Origin: Pirellulales bacterium
GTDB taxonomy: Bacteria; Planctomycetota; Planctomycetia; Pirellulales; JADZDJ01
Length of the DNA: 64,000 bases
Reading direction: 5' to 3'
NCBI GenBank assembly: GCA_035499655.1
Contig: DATJYL010000185.1
Span: forward strand, 843 to 64,842
Part shown: piece after piece, positions 27,478 to 37,740 of the stretch
Layout of the letters: every line of letters begins with the position of its first letter
Position numbering within the stretch: the first letter of the stretch is position 1
Position numbers and translations under genes: made by a program
The notes under the pieces: generated by a model
What the model saw: only the letters and a program-made list of their open reading frames with translations
Database searches by the model: none
Told to the model about the DNA's origin: nothing

Positions 27478-28296
27478 TCAAATCGTCATGGATGTGAACC
27501 CGCCGTCGACATACAACTCCGCTCCGGTAATAAAGCTGCCAGCCCGTGGTGAAAGCAATAATAGCGCGGCACCAATCAACTCGCTGGGTTCGCCGAAGCG
27601 GTCCATCGGCGTGTGCCGCATGATATTTTCGACGCGAGTTTTATCCAGAATTTTTCGATTCTGCTCTGCCGGAAAAAAACCGGGACAAAGCACGTTCACG
27701 CGCACTTTGTGCGGCGCCAACTCGCGGGCCACGTTTTTGGTGAGGTTCACTACGGCAGCTTTCGAGGCCGAATAAGCGAAAACGCGCGATAATGGCACGC
27801 CTGACGACGCACTGCCGATGTTCAAAATTGCTCCGCCGCCATTTTTCGCCATATGCCCGCCGAATATTTGGCAGCCCCAATGTGTGCTAGTGAGATTGGT
27901 GAGTAAAACTTTGTTCCAGTCCTCATCAGTTGCTTCCAAGTACGGTGTAGCGGCGTTGACGCCGGCACAGTTCACGAGCAGATCGACACGGCCGCACACT
28001 TTCAACGTATCGGCGAGCAATTCTTCGATCGACTTTCGCTGCGTCACGTCGACCGGCAAGAATTTTGCTTGCCCGCCGAGTTTTACGATAGAGGCCACTC
28101 GGGCGTTGCCGCGTTCTTCGCCCCGGCCGGCCACCACGGTGAGCGCGCCGGCTTGAGCAATTCCCTCGGCCAGCGCACCGCCGAGCACGCCCGTGCCGCC
28201 GATGACGACGGCGACCTGACCGGTCAGATTGAACAAGTTTTCAACGAATGATAGAGCCATGGCGGTTATTTCGGTTGGCGGCGGAGATGGATCCAT
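27478..28296 (-). CDS. SDR-family oxidoreductase (short-chain dehydrogenase/reductase)
   Basis: VAVVIGGTGVLGGALAEG Rossmann motif and a conserved YxxxK (YSASK). Confidence 0.8.
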   Translation of the reverse strand: MDPSPPPTEITAMALSFVENLFNLTGQVAVVIGGTGVLGGALAEGIAQAGALTVVAGRGEERGNARVASIVKLGGQAKFLPVDVTQRKSIEELLADTLKVCGRVDLLVNCAGVNAATPYLEATDEDWNKVLLTNLTSTHWGCQIFGGHMAKNGGGAILNIGSASSGVPLSRVFAYSASKAAVVNLTKNVARELAPHKVRVNVLCPGFFPAEQNRKILDKTRVENIMRHTPMDRFGEPSELIGAALLLLSPRAGSFITGAELYVDGGFTSMTI

Positions 28297-29699
28297 TCAG
28301 TATGGAACGCGCCGGGTTTGTCGAGGCGTTGGTAGGTGTGCGCGCCAAAATAATCGCGCTGCGCCTGCAGCAAGTTGGCGGGCAATCGTTCCTGGCGAAT
28401 ACCATCATAATATGCCAGCGCGGTCATGAAGGCGGGCGTCCAAATGCCAAGACTGACGGCGGTTGTGACGGCGTGTCGCCAGGCGGTTTGCGCTTTTTGC
28501 AAAACGTCGCGAAAATACGGAGCCAGCAGCAGGTTCTCCAAATTTTTGTCGGCGTCGAACGCTTCTTTAATGCGTTCCAGAAATGCGGCCCGAATGATGC
28601 AGCCGCCGCGCCACAACAGGGCAATGCTGCCGAAATCCAAGGGCCATTTGTGTTCTTTGGCCGCCGCTTGCATCTGCACAAAGCCCTGGGCGTAGCTGCA
28701 GATTTTGGAAGCGTACAGCGCCTGGCGAACAGATTCGATAAATTGCTTCGGGTCGTCCTCGTAACGGCCGGTCGGACCGGGCAACACTTTGCTGGCGCGA
28801 ACACGCTCTTCTTTCAGCGCCGATAAGCAACGGGCATACACGGCCTCGGTGACCAACGTGCTGGGCACGCCCAGATCGAGGGCAAGTTGGCTCATCCATT
28901 TTCCAGTGCCTTTGGCGCCCGCCGCGTCGAGAATGACATCGACCATGTCCTTGCCGGTCTCAGAATCTTTCACGCTGAAAATATCGCGGGTAATTTCAAT
29001 GAGGTAACTGTCCAGCTCCCCTTTGTTCCACTCGGCGAAGACATCGTACAGTTGGGCATTAGTGAGATTCAGGCCCGAGTGGAGCATGTTGTAGGCTTCG
29101 CAAATGAGCTGCATGTCGCCGTACTCGATGCCGTTGTGAACCATTTTTACGTAATGGCCGGCACCTCGGGGACCGACCCAATCGCAGCAGGGAATGTCGT
29201 TGTTCGGACCAACTTTGGCGGCGATGGCTTGAAAAATGGGCTTGATCATCGGCCACGCCGCCGGGCTGCCGCCGGGCATCAGGCTGGGGCCTTTCAGTGC
29301 TCCTTCTTCGCCGCCCGACACTCCGCTGCCAATGTAAAGCAGTCCCTTGCTTTCGACATATTGCGTGCGGCGTTCGGTATCGGAAAACAGCGTGTTGCCG
29401 CCGTCGATGATGATGTCCCCCCTTTCCAACAACGGCAGCAATTGCTCGATAAGCCCATCGACCGCGGGGCCGGCTTTGACCATCAGCATGACTGTGCGTG
29501 GCCGGCTGAGACTTTTGACCAGCTCTTCCAGCGAATGGCAGCCGACGAATTTTTTGCCGGCGGCGCGGCCTTGAATGAAATCGTCGACCACGCTGGTTGT
29601 GCGGTTGAACACCGCCACGCGATAGCCCCGGCTTTCGACGTTCAGCGCCAGGTTTTCGCCCATCACGGCCAGGCCGACGAGTCCGAAATCGCAGTTCAT
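28266..29699 (-). CDS. gnd: 6-phosphogluconate dehydrogenase, decarboxylating
   Basis: MNCDFGLVGLAVMGENLALNVESRGY… Length and motifs of Gnd. Confidence 0.9.
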   Translation of the reverse strand: MNCDFGLVGLAVMGENLALNVESRGYRVAVFNRTTSVVDDFIQGRAAGKKFVGCHSLEELVKSLSRPRTVMLMVKAGPAVDGLIEQLLPLLERGDIIIDGGNTLFSDTERRTQYVESKGLLYIGSGVSGGEEGALKGPSLMPGGSPAAWPMIKPIFQAIAAKVGPNNDIPCCDWVGPRGAGHYVKMVHNGIEYGDMQLICEAYNMLHSGLNLTNAQLYDVFAEWNKGELDSYLIEITRDIFSVKDSETGKDMVDVILDAAGAKGTGKWMSQLALDLGVPSTLVTEAVYARCLSALKEERVRASKVLPGPTGRYEDDPKQFIESVRQALYASKICSYAQGFVQMQAAAKEHKWPLDFGSIALLWRGGCIIRAAFLERIKEAFDADKNLENLLLAPYFRDVLQKAQTAWRHAVTTAVSLGIWTPAFMTALAYYDGIRQERLPANLLQAQRDYFGAHTYQRLDKPGAFHTEWIHLRRQPK

Positions 29700-29840
29700 G
29701 GTGGGGAACAGGGTGAGGAGGTGAGTGGTGAGGGAGTGAGTGGTGAGAGTGTAACTGGTGTCTGCATAAAGCCGCGCCGCTGGTCGCGCTGCCTCGAATT
29801 TTGGTCAAACGGTACTTCAGCGCGACCAGCGGTCGCGGCT

Positions 29841-30749
29841 TTATGATTTCTTCTCCCACGGCGGGTGTTCGGGCAAATACGATTCGAACTCGGCCAACAG
29901 TTTTTGCTGATATTCTCCGGCGAATGTGCCTTTGAGGAAACGGTCGATGCCCTCGTCGTAAAAACGCTTCCAACTGGCTTCTTCCGCGCCGGGATTGATG
30001 GGGAAAAATAAGGCGTGATTAGCCTCAGCCGCTTTATAATCGCCCGGGGCGTCGCCGATCATCAGGGTGTGGTGGGCTTCGTATTTTTTGGACGCGGCCA
30101 GCAGTTCTTTTTTCGTGCCCAACTCCTGGCCGCAAATGGCGATCACATATTTGGCCAGATCGTGCTCTTCCCATTCGCGCTTCAGCGCCTCGGTTGGCGT
30201 GGCGGAGACGACGAGCAAATCGGCGTGCGACTTCAGCTTTTCAAAACTTTCACGGACGAATGGAAACGGCGGCACCCAGCGAACGATTTTTTCCACCGCT
30301 TCGTTCACTTCCTTACTCCAGGCAATGGCTTGTTTCAGATCGGGATGGCCGCTCGTTTCGGCCGCCTTGGCCAGTGCGGGATTGGCGAGCTTGGTTTCGA
30401 CCTTGATCCACTCGACCAAGCCCTGCGGCATGGTGATTGTGACGCCTCGGGCCTGCACTTCCGGCCGCTTTTGCAGCCACTCCAAGGTTTCGATGAGCGC
30501 GGGAAAGCGGTTGATGCCGCGACTTTTGGAATACAAGTTCACAAACTCCGCCGCCTCGCGGGCATATTTGCTCACGCCTTGCAGGCCGTAGTGGTTGATG
30601 ATTTGCGGAATGAAGCATTCTTTGTGCTTCAGCTCCATGGTGTCGAAGGCGCAGCCGTCGCTGTCGATGCCGACAAGAAATTTGTGCTTAGGCGTGAAGT
30701 CGATCATGTTCGGGGCGAGAGGCAGTTGCGACTTGATGTGTTGCGGCAA
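29841..30749 (-). CDS. HAD-superfamily hydrolase/phosphatase
   Basis: VGIDSDGC (DxD motif I), VVSATP and GDAPGD HAD motifs. Sits between gnd and pfk. Confidence 0.65.
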   Translation of the reverse strand: MPQHIKSQLPLAPNMIDFTPKHKFLVGIDSDGCAFDTMELKHKECFIPQIINHYGLQGVSKYAREAAEFVNLYSKSRGINRFPALIETLEWLQKRPEVQARGVTITMPQGLVEWIKVETKLANPALAKAAETSGHPDLKQAIAWSKEVNEAVEKIVRWVPPFPFVRESFEKLKSHADLLVVSATPTEALKREWEEHDLAKYVIAICGQELGTKKELLAASKKYEAHHTLMIGDAPGDYKAAEANHALFFPINPGAEEASWKRFYDEGIDRFLKGTFAGEYQQKLLAEFESYLPEHPPWEKKS

Positions 30750-30949
30750 AAAACGGGAAAAACGGGGGAAAACGGTTCAATAAACGGTATTAAACGGCAA
30801 GAAAACCGTGGGAAACGGTCGGGGCGATTTTGGGCACGGATGATCGGGAAAACGGCGTCGGTGTTCGTAAGTGATCATATGTACAAACTCCATCGCTATT
30901 ATGCCAACAGCGCTGGCTCAGTTTCAAGGGAAAAATTGGGCCACCGTAA

Positions 30950-32275
30950 TCATTTCGCGTCGGCAGATGAATCGTAAATCAGCGACTTTTTGCGTTCGGC
31001 TTGGGGAATATATTTTGGCAGCTTTTGTGCGGCGTAAATCGGCTTGAATTTTGTCAGGCGTTGGCGGCCGTCGAGCATGGGGAGCGTGACCAGATCGTCG
31101 CCGACCAGCGGACGGCAGTAGCGGACAAAATCGTCGGTTACGTCGCAGCCGTTTTTGGTGATCCAGTGCTTGGGGAACGTGCGGTCAGCGGCAGCCACTT
31201 TTTCCAGCGGCACTTTGTCGTATCGCGCCGAGTAAATCGGTCCAGGCTCACGCAAAATCGTGGCCATGAAGCCGCCTTCGCCACGGGCGGCCAGCAGCGC
31301 GGCCATTTGACCGCTGCGGTAGGCTTCTTCCAGATCGACCGTGGAAGCGTAGGCCATGGCGTGGCGCTGATCGGTGCCGGGCACATTACCGCGGGCCGCT
31401 CCTTTGGCAGCCAGCCCGACTTTGTTCAAGTGATTGACCACGATTTGCGCTACGGTAAGCTGGCTGGCGCTGAAGGAAGTGTGGCCAAACGAATCTTTCA
31501 CCGCGCCGATGTCGCCGACGTCGAACCCTTCGCTGATGACGACGAGGCAGCGGCCGGACTGTTTCAGTTCATCGTTCACGTTGTCGGCCAGTTGTGCCAG
31601 CGTTGAGGGACTTTCGGCCAGGTAAATTTGCAGCGGCATTTCGCGGGCCGGATCAGCCAACCGGGCGGCGGCCGGAATGTAACCGATTTTGCGCCCCATG
31701 GCTTGCATCACCAGCACCGGATCGGCCGGCGAGCTGCCGGCGTTTTCTTCGTTGGCGTTTTGCACCATGTGCATCCAGTATTTGGCGGTGCTGCCGTAGC
31801 CGGGCGTGTGATCGACGAGTTTGAACTCGCTGTCGCCCACGTCATTGTCGATGGTCTTCGGCACGCCGACGGCAATTAAATCCAGCCCACGCTCCCGGGC
31901 GAGGGCGGCAATTTTGTGGGCGGTGTCCATCGAATCGTTGCCGCCGATGTACAAAAAATAGCCGACGTCGTGAGCTTTCAGCACGTCGATGGTGCGGTTG
32001 AAATCTTCGGTCTGTGCCGGCTTCAGCTTGTAGCGGCACGTGCCAATGGAGCCGGCCGCCGGAGTGAAACGCAGGAGCGAAACCTCTTCGGCATCTTGCG
32101 CGGTTAGATCAAGCAGTTCTTCCTTAAGCACCCCTTCGATGCCGTGGCGTGCTCCGTAGACCGTGCCAATTTCCGACAGTTGCCGTGCGGTTTCGATGAT
32201 GCCGCGCAGGCTGTTATTGATAACGGCGCTGGGCCCGCCGCTTTGGGCCACGACCATGTTGCGAGGTTTTGCCAT
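30950..32275 (-). CDS. pfp: Phosphofructokinase, long (PPi-dependent-like) type
   Basis: MAKPRNMVVAQSGGPSAVIN… PFK family, ~440 aa long form. Confidence 0.75.
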   Translation of the reverse strand: MAKPRNMVVAQSGGPSAVINNSLRGIIETARQLSEIGTVYGARHGIEGVLKEELLDLTAQDAEEVSLLRFTPAAGSIGTCRYKLKPAQTEDFNRTIDVLKAHDVGYFLYIGGNDSMDTAHKIAALARERGLDLIAVGVPKTIDNDVGDSEFKLVDHTPGYGSTAKYWMHMVQNANEENAGSSPADPVLVMQAMGRKIGYIPAAARLADPAREMPLQIYLAESPSTLAQLADNVNDELKQSGRCLVVISEGFDVGDIGAVKDSFGHTSFSASQLTVAQIVVNHLNKVGLAAKGAARGNVPGTDQRHAMAYASTVDLEEAYRSGQMAALLAARGEGGFMATILREPGPIYSARYDKVPLEKVAAADRTFPKHWITKNGCDVTDDFVRYCRPLVGDDLVTLPMLDGRQRLTKFKPIYAAQKLPKYIPQAERKKSLIYDSSADAK

Positions 32276-32585
32276 GAAAGGTGCCGTAGACAGCGAGAGC
32301 GTGGAATGGCTGCGGAACGGCACATTTTAACGCCTATATTGCAGGGCAGCAATGCACCGGCGGCGGCAGAAATGGCCCACACTGAACAAGAACTATGCAA
32401 TTACCGCAGCGGGGATGCCTGCGTTGGCTGGTCTGGGACGCCGGAGCGAAACATGAGCAGTTCGTAATGACTGACCTGACGGTCAAGATGGCGATGATCC
32501 AACCACCAACCGACGCCTAGAGCCAACACGAAGATGAGCCAGAAGATGTCGCGGATCGTGAAGCGAAAAAGCATGACCAGGAAAA

Positions 32586-34298
32586 TTAGCTGCTGGGTTC
32601 TTCGGTCAATGTGTCGAGCTTTTGCTGGAATTCCTTGGTGGCCTTCGTGGCATCATCGCCCAACGCTTTATTGTCACGCGTGATGATGCTGCGGAGCATC
32701 GCCAGAATTCGCGGATTGAAATACTGCCTGGCGCGGGGCGAATTCCGATCGGCCGGCAGGAATTTATCCAAGTCCGAAATCTTTTGGAGGCTGCCTTTAT
32801 AATCGTTGTCGAGCGAAAGGACGATGGCTTGACCGGCCAGGCCGTCGGCGCGCCATTGGGTATCGTCATCGGGATAATCTTTCGCCAGGCGTTCGAACAG
32901 TTGCAGTGCTTTCGCGCGGTCCTGTTTGTCAAACGTATCGAGATACTTTAAGGCCAGTTCTTCTTCGGCCATCGGTACGTACAGCCGATCGTGGAAATTC
33001 GTAATGACGCTTTGCCAGGCGGTTTCGGTCCCCTGGCTTTGTGCGTATAAAAACTGCTGCTCCGGGGTGGCCATCAGCTCCAGTTTGGGTAATTCGGAGG
33101 CCGGCACGTCAAGCAGGAACGAACCGTGCAGTGCCCACGCCGATCCGGCGCCAATGAACAACGCCGCCAGCGAGCTGGCCGCGGCGTACCAGAGCCAACG
33201 GCGATTATGGATTTGAAGCATGGCCTGGGTGTGCATGACTGTTTGCAACCGCTGCGTGGCGGCCCAACCTCCTTGGGCCAAGGCGATGGATTCCACGCCG
33301 CTTAGTTCGTCCAATTCGGCGGGCCACTGCATGTCGACGCCTTCGAATTGCAACGCACGCAATTCCTGCAACAATTCGCGGGGACCCTGTTGGCGCTCGG
33401 TGGGATCTTTGGCCAACATTTTATGGATGATGCGGCATAAGGCCGGCGGCAAATCGGGCCGCAAATTCTCCAGCCGTTCCGGCTGGGTGCGCACGTGCTG
33501 TATGGCCACGCTCAGCGCGGTGTCGCCGCGAAACGGCGGTTGTCCGCTCAGCAAGTGGTAACAAGTCACGCCTAAGCTGTAGACATCGCTGCGTGGATCA
33601 AGTTGGCGGCCTTCGACTTGCTCCGGGCTCATGTACAGCGGCGTGCCCATGGTGATGCCCACTTGCGTCAGCTTCAGCGTCTCTTCATCGCCGGTACCGA
33701 TGCGGGCCAGGCCGAAATCGGCGACTTTCACCTCGCCGCTGCGGGCCAGCATAATGTTTTCCGGTTTGATGTCGCGATGGACGATGCCGCGTTCGGCGGC
33801 TTTGCACAAGGCGGCGGCCACCTGCCGCATTAACGCCACGGCCAGTTTCACCGGCGGTGCGCCGTTGCGGCTTATGTATTGCGACAGGTTTTGACCTTCG
33901 ACATATTCTTGGGCAATGTAGTGCCAACCATCGATGCAGCCGACTTCGTAAATTTGCACGATGTTGGCTTGCACCAGCGAAGCCGCCGCCTGGGCTTCCA
34001 TGTGGAAGCGGCGGACATAGGTGTGGTCGTTAGCCAGCTCGCGCTTGAGCGCTTTGAAAGCCACTTGCCGGCGAAGCGAACCTTGTTCGGCTAAGTAAAC
34101 GTCAGCCATTGCCCCGCGCCCCAGGCGGCGCAGCAGGCGATAATCACCCAACTGGCGGCCGGAAAGATCGAGATCGAAGCCGGCTTTGTCAACACCGCTG
34201 CCGGCAGCGCCGCTACCGGCGCCAAGGGGAGCCGTTTCACCGGTGGTATGTGCCTGGCTCATTTCCTTAAGTATCGCTGGGGTAGGCGCGGTTGACAA
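32586..34298 (-). CDS. Ser/Thr protein kinase with C-terminal TM segment and TPR-like extracytoplasmic region
   Basis: YRLLRRLGRGAMADVYLA…VAFK, HRDIKPENIML, DFGLA and SPEQ kinase subdomains. Confidence 0.85.
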   Translation of the reverse strand: MSTAPTPAILKEMSQAHTTGETAPLGAGSGAAGSGVDKAGFDLDLSGRQLGDYRLLRRLGRGAMADVYLAEQGSLRRQVAFKALKRELANDHTYVRRFHMEAQAAASLVQANIVQIYEVGCIDGWHYIAQEYVEGQNLSQYISRNGAPPVKLAVALMRQVAAALCKAAERGIVHRDIKPENIMLARSGEVKVADFGLARIGTGDEETLKLTQVGITMGTPLYMSPEQVEGRQLDPRSDVYSLGVTCYHLLSGQPPFRGDTALSVAIQHVRTQPERLENLRPDLPPALCRIIHKMLAKDPTERQQGPRELLQELRALQFEGVDMQWPAELDELSGVESIALAQGGWAATQRLQTVMHTQAMLQIHNRRWLWYAAASSLAALFIGAGSAWALHGSFLLDVPASELPKLELMATPEQQFLYAQSQGTETAWQSVITNFHDRLYVPMAEEELALKYLDTFDKQDRAKALQLFERLAKDYPDDDTQWRADGLAGQAIVLSLDNDYKGSLQKISDLDKFLPADRNSPRARQYFNPRILAMLRSIITRDNKALGDDATKATKEFQQKLDTLTEEPSS

Positions 34299-34412
34299 CG
34301 GTGGAAACGGGGCGTGTAAAAGTCAGTTCGTTGGGACACGGCTTTTATTGATTTCACGATGGTTTGATATGCAGATTCGCACAGTTATGGCTTCGTTTGG
34401 TGCATATTCTGC

Positions 34413-35483
34413 TTACGGCAAACCCGTCGGCTCGCCGCCAGCGCGGCTGGCCAGGGCCTTCCATAAAGCCGTGCTGATCGTATCCGACACAAAGTGTGTA
34501 GAGCCGTCCGCTAACAATAAGTTTACGCCACCCTGGTGCAAGCTGCGGGCGGTGCGCCAACCGAACGGGGTAAACTCGTACTGGGGGCCGCCGCCTCGCA
34601 GTGCGCCCATGCAGTCAGGCAGGACGTGGTTTGGCGGGTAATAGTGGTTGTACATGGCACAGCGAAATTCCCCGCTAACCCAGGCGAAGCCGCGCGGATC
34701 GGTGAAATTCCATTGCGTCGCGGCGGCACAAGCGTTATCGGTCAGAGGCGCGCTGAGAACAAATTTATAATCTGTGCGCGGGTTGCCTTTCGTGACGTTC
34801 GAGTTGCCGAGCACGCCCAGCGTGCTTTCCGACATCAATGCCGTTTTGCTGGCGCCATCAGTGATTTGTGCGAACTTAATGTGCGAGTTGACAAAAAACG
34901 GCCCATCCGTGTTCAACGGGGTGCCTCCGTTCAGGCCGGTTCCTCCGCACACGGCATAATTCGTGGGAGCAAAGCCTGGCGAAACCACTTGGCCGTGATC
35001 GCTGGGACACAGGAACAGTGAAATCACTTGCGCGATGCCCTGGATGTTCGTGGCATTGGCGACAAACACTCCGTCGGCATTTGGCGCGTACAGCGGCGCC
35101 TCTAAATTCAACAGGCTGGCGGCGTTTTTCTCTTCGAGGTAGGGGGCCAAATGCGCCAGCGCCGACCAGCGATAAAACGTCCAGGCGTTGGCCGGATCGC
35201 CGGGATCGGCCTTGGAATCGAAGCCACTGGGCAAGCTGCCGCGTGCCGCATGATAGTGATGCGCCGCAATTCCCAACTGCCGCAAATTATTGGCGCATTC
35301 GGAACGCCGGGATGCTTCGCGAGCGCTTTGCACCGCCGGCAAGGCGAGCGCCATCAGCAATCCAATTATGGCAATCACGGCCAGCAACTCGATTAGCGTG
35401 AATGCCCGACGCCCATCGCAGGCATCAAGCGGACATTTGAAAGTCGCTGGCGATTGAAAATAGATAGGGCAGGGGGTGGTCAT
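34413..35483 (-). CDS. DUF1559 (H-X9-DG) protein with prepilin-type N-terminal cleavage/methylation domain
   Basis: RAFTLIELLAVIAIIGLL pseudopilin N-terminus. C-terminal HQGGVNLLLADGSTHFVSD = H-X9-DG. Confidence 0.85.
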   Translation of the reverse strand: MTTPCPIYFQSPATFKCPLDACDGRRAFTLIELLAVIAIIGLLMALALPAVQSAREASRRSECANNLRQLGIAAHHYHAARGSLPSGFDSKADPGDPANAWTFYRWSALAHLAPYLEEKNAASLLNLEAPLYAPNADGVFVANATNIQGIAQVISLFLCPSDHGQVVSPGFAPTNYAVCGGTGLNGGTPLNTDGPFFVNSHIKFAQITDGASKTALMSESTLGVLGNSNVTKGNPRTDYKFVLSAPLTDNACAAATQWNFTDPRGFAWVSGEFRCAMYNHYYPPNHVLPDCMGALRGGGPQYEFTPFGWRTARSLHQGGVNLLLADGSTHFVSDTISTALWKALASRAGGEPTGLP

Positions 35484-36877
35484 TTCAGCGATCGCCGACG
35501 ACGGGTGTGGAAACCGAGTGCCGCCAGCGCCAGGCCGGCCAGCGCAACAGCGTTGGGTTCGGGAACGCTCGCGGTCGACGAGCCCCCTTGGTTCTGCAGC
35601 AAAACCAATAGCGCCTGCAAATCTGCGTTGGTAATCTTCCCATCGCCGTTGACGTCGGCGATGGTATCCAATTGTTGGTCGGTTAATTGCTTCAGCGATT
35701 CGAAATCACTCAAATTGGCCAAGGCCCTAGTCAATGCTTGGACGTCGGCGGCATCGACCAAGCCATCTAAATTCAAATCCCCCCGCCGCACGCCAATTGC
35801 GACCGACGAGGCGGCAAATCCCGAGGCAATGGTCGTGGGATCGCCGCTTGCCTGCACGAGACCATCGGAGTCGATGGTGAAGCTGTATTGAAGCACTTTG
35901 CCGTCCGGCGTTGGATTGGGATCCATCGGATTCATCGGGTTGCCATCGCCCAGCACGGCCACGTAAATGCTTTTGCCGTCCGGACTCAAGACCAAGTCGG
36001 AGGGAAAATTATTAGGCACGTCCGCCGGACCGGGAATGGTGGCGAACACGCCTTTGTAATTCCCGTTGGCGTCGTACTTCAAAATGTTATTCCCTTCCAG
36101 GTCGACCACCAGCAACGTATTGTGGACGAACAGCAAACCCGCTGGATCTAACGGAGATACAGGGCTTGCCGTGTTGCCTGACTCGTCGGTTGCCGGGTAA
36201 GCAAAATTGGTTTGCACGCCATTGCTAACCTTTACCACGGCGGGCACATAAGGCGGAGAACCTGCTGGATCGCCGTAGAGCGGGCCGGCAAAACTGCTGG
36301 CATAGAGGTCGCCATTGGGAGCAATGGTAAACGAGCCAGCGCCATACAAACCAGAAGCGGCATCCGTGGGAGAAGCGGCTGCCGTGAGCGCTCCCGTGGT
36401 GGGATTTTTGGTTACGGCAAACTGTTCCACGCTGTCGCCGTTGTTATCTGCCACGTACAAGGAGCCGTTGTAAAATTGCAGGTGCGCGGGCGCCGCGGGA
36501 ATGTACCCTCCAACGGCTGGGCTGTAATCATCGGGCAGCGTGGCAAACGCACTCAAGAAAGTGCCATTGGGGCTGTATTGGAGCACCTGGCCGACGCCAT
36601 TGGGATTCTCGTCGTTAACTGTGTTGCTGCTGACATAAACATTGCCGTCCGGGCCTATGGTGACTCCCGTCGTTAGGTTCAGGCCGCCGCTTCCGGAAGG
36701 AACAAGGGTGGTGAAATTCGACCCCGAGTCCCCAATTTGCTGCACGCTGCTGCCGAAATAATTGCTGACCAATAAATCAAACGAGTCGGCCCGCGACGCG
36801 GAAGTCATCGTGTTCCACAACAATGTGATGAGTGCCAAATTCGTAACGCATGCCAACCGCACACTTATCTTGTTCAT
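35480..36877 (-). CDS. Secreted beta-propeller (NHL/SBBP-like) protein with dockerin-like pair and PEP-CTERM sorting signal
   Basis: DLNLDGLVDAADV / DVNGDGKITNADL dockerin motifs. C-terminal SVPEPNAVALAGLALAALGFHTRRRRSLK. Confidence 0.7.
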   Translation of the reverse strand: MNKISVRLACVTNLALITLLWNTMTSASRADSFDLLVSNYFGSSVQQIGDSGSNFTTLVPSGSGGLNLTTGVTIGPDGNVYVSSNTVNDENPNGVGQVLQYSPNGTFLSAFATLPDDYSPAVGGYIPAAPAHLQFYNGSLYVADNNGDSVEQFAVTKNPTTGALTAAASPTDAASGLYGAGSFTIAPNGDLYASSFAGPLYGDPAGSPPYVPAVVKVSNGVQTNFAYPATDESGNTASPVSPLDPAGLLFVHNTLLVVDLEGNNILKYDANGNYKGVFATIPGPADVPNNFPSDLVLSPDGKSIYVAVLGDGNPMNPMDPNPTPDGKVLQYSFTIDSDGLVQASGDPTTIASGFAASSVAIGVRRGDLNLDGLVDAADVQALTRALANLSDFESLKQLTDQQLDTIADVNGDGKITNADLQALLVLLQNQGGSSTASVPEPNAVALAGLALAALGFHTRRRRSLK

Positions 36878-37204
36878 GGTAAATTTTCTCAGAGAATGTG
36901 TAGGGGGTGGAAAGCACGAGGCGAGTTGCTCCGGAGCCTGCCAGATCGCCAAAAAACTCGACATCGGGGGGACAAACAACCGGGGGGCAATGGGAAACTG
37001 TCGCGATCCCCGAAACGCGGCAAACGGAGGGTGGGAAATCGACCGACCGAGATTTTATGGACCCAAGGCTATAAATTCAGTTGGCGATTGCCCCAGATTC
37101 TAACAGAGGTAAATTGGGATTTCAACAAAAGGGGAAGGGGCTTGCCTCGGCACCGCACTAGAAGAGTGTAGGGCCACAATCAGCGGCGAAAAGCCAATCT
37201 ATGG

Positions 37205-37711
37205 TTGACTTCGAATCTGTTGTTAAGGAACCGAGTTGCGAGCCACAGCATGATTGAATCGGCAGGATTGCTTGTTTATCGCCGGCTGGGTGAACGGTTG
37301 GAAGTGCTGCTGGTGCACCCGTCGGGCAATTACAATCGGCGGGCGCCGTGGAGCATTCCCAAAGGATTGCCCGACGCAGGCGAAACCTTGGCGGCGGCAG
37401 CGGTGCGGGAAACGCTGGAAGAAACCGGCGTGGACGTGGGCCAATCGGAAACGGCGGCGGCCAGGGTTGAGAATACTTCGTCGGCACAAAATTTAGCACC
37501 GCTGGGGCACATCGATTACACTCGCAGCCGCAAACGGGTTCACGCCTTTGCCATTGCAGCGCCGGTCAATGCCACGCCGCGTGCGGCCAGTTGGGAGGTC
37601 GATCGGGCCGAGTTTTTCCCGCTCGACGAAGCAGTGCGGTTAATCCATCCCGATCAGCGGCTTTTTTTGGACCGGCTGGAAAAACTGCTGGCGGGCGGCG
37701 AAATGGCGTGA
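37205..37711 (+). CDS. NUDIX hydrolase
   Basis: NUDIX box GETLAAAAVRETLEETGV. Start may be the internal M at 37247. Confidence 0.75.
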   Translation: MTSNLLLRNRVASHSMIESAGLLVYRRLGERLEVLLVHPSGNYNRRAPWSIPKGLPDAGETLAAAAVRETLEETGVDVGQSETAAARVENTSSAQNLAPLGHIDYTRSRKRVHAFAIAAPVNATPRAASWEVDRAEFFPLDEAVRLIHPDQRLFLDRLEKLLAGGEMA

Positions 37712-37740
37712 AAGATAATGCTGCGCCGAGTTGGAATCAA

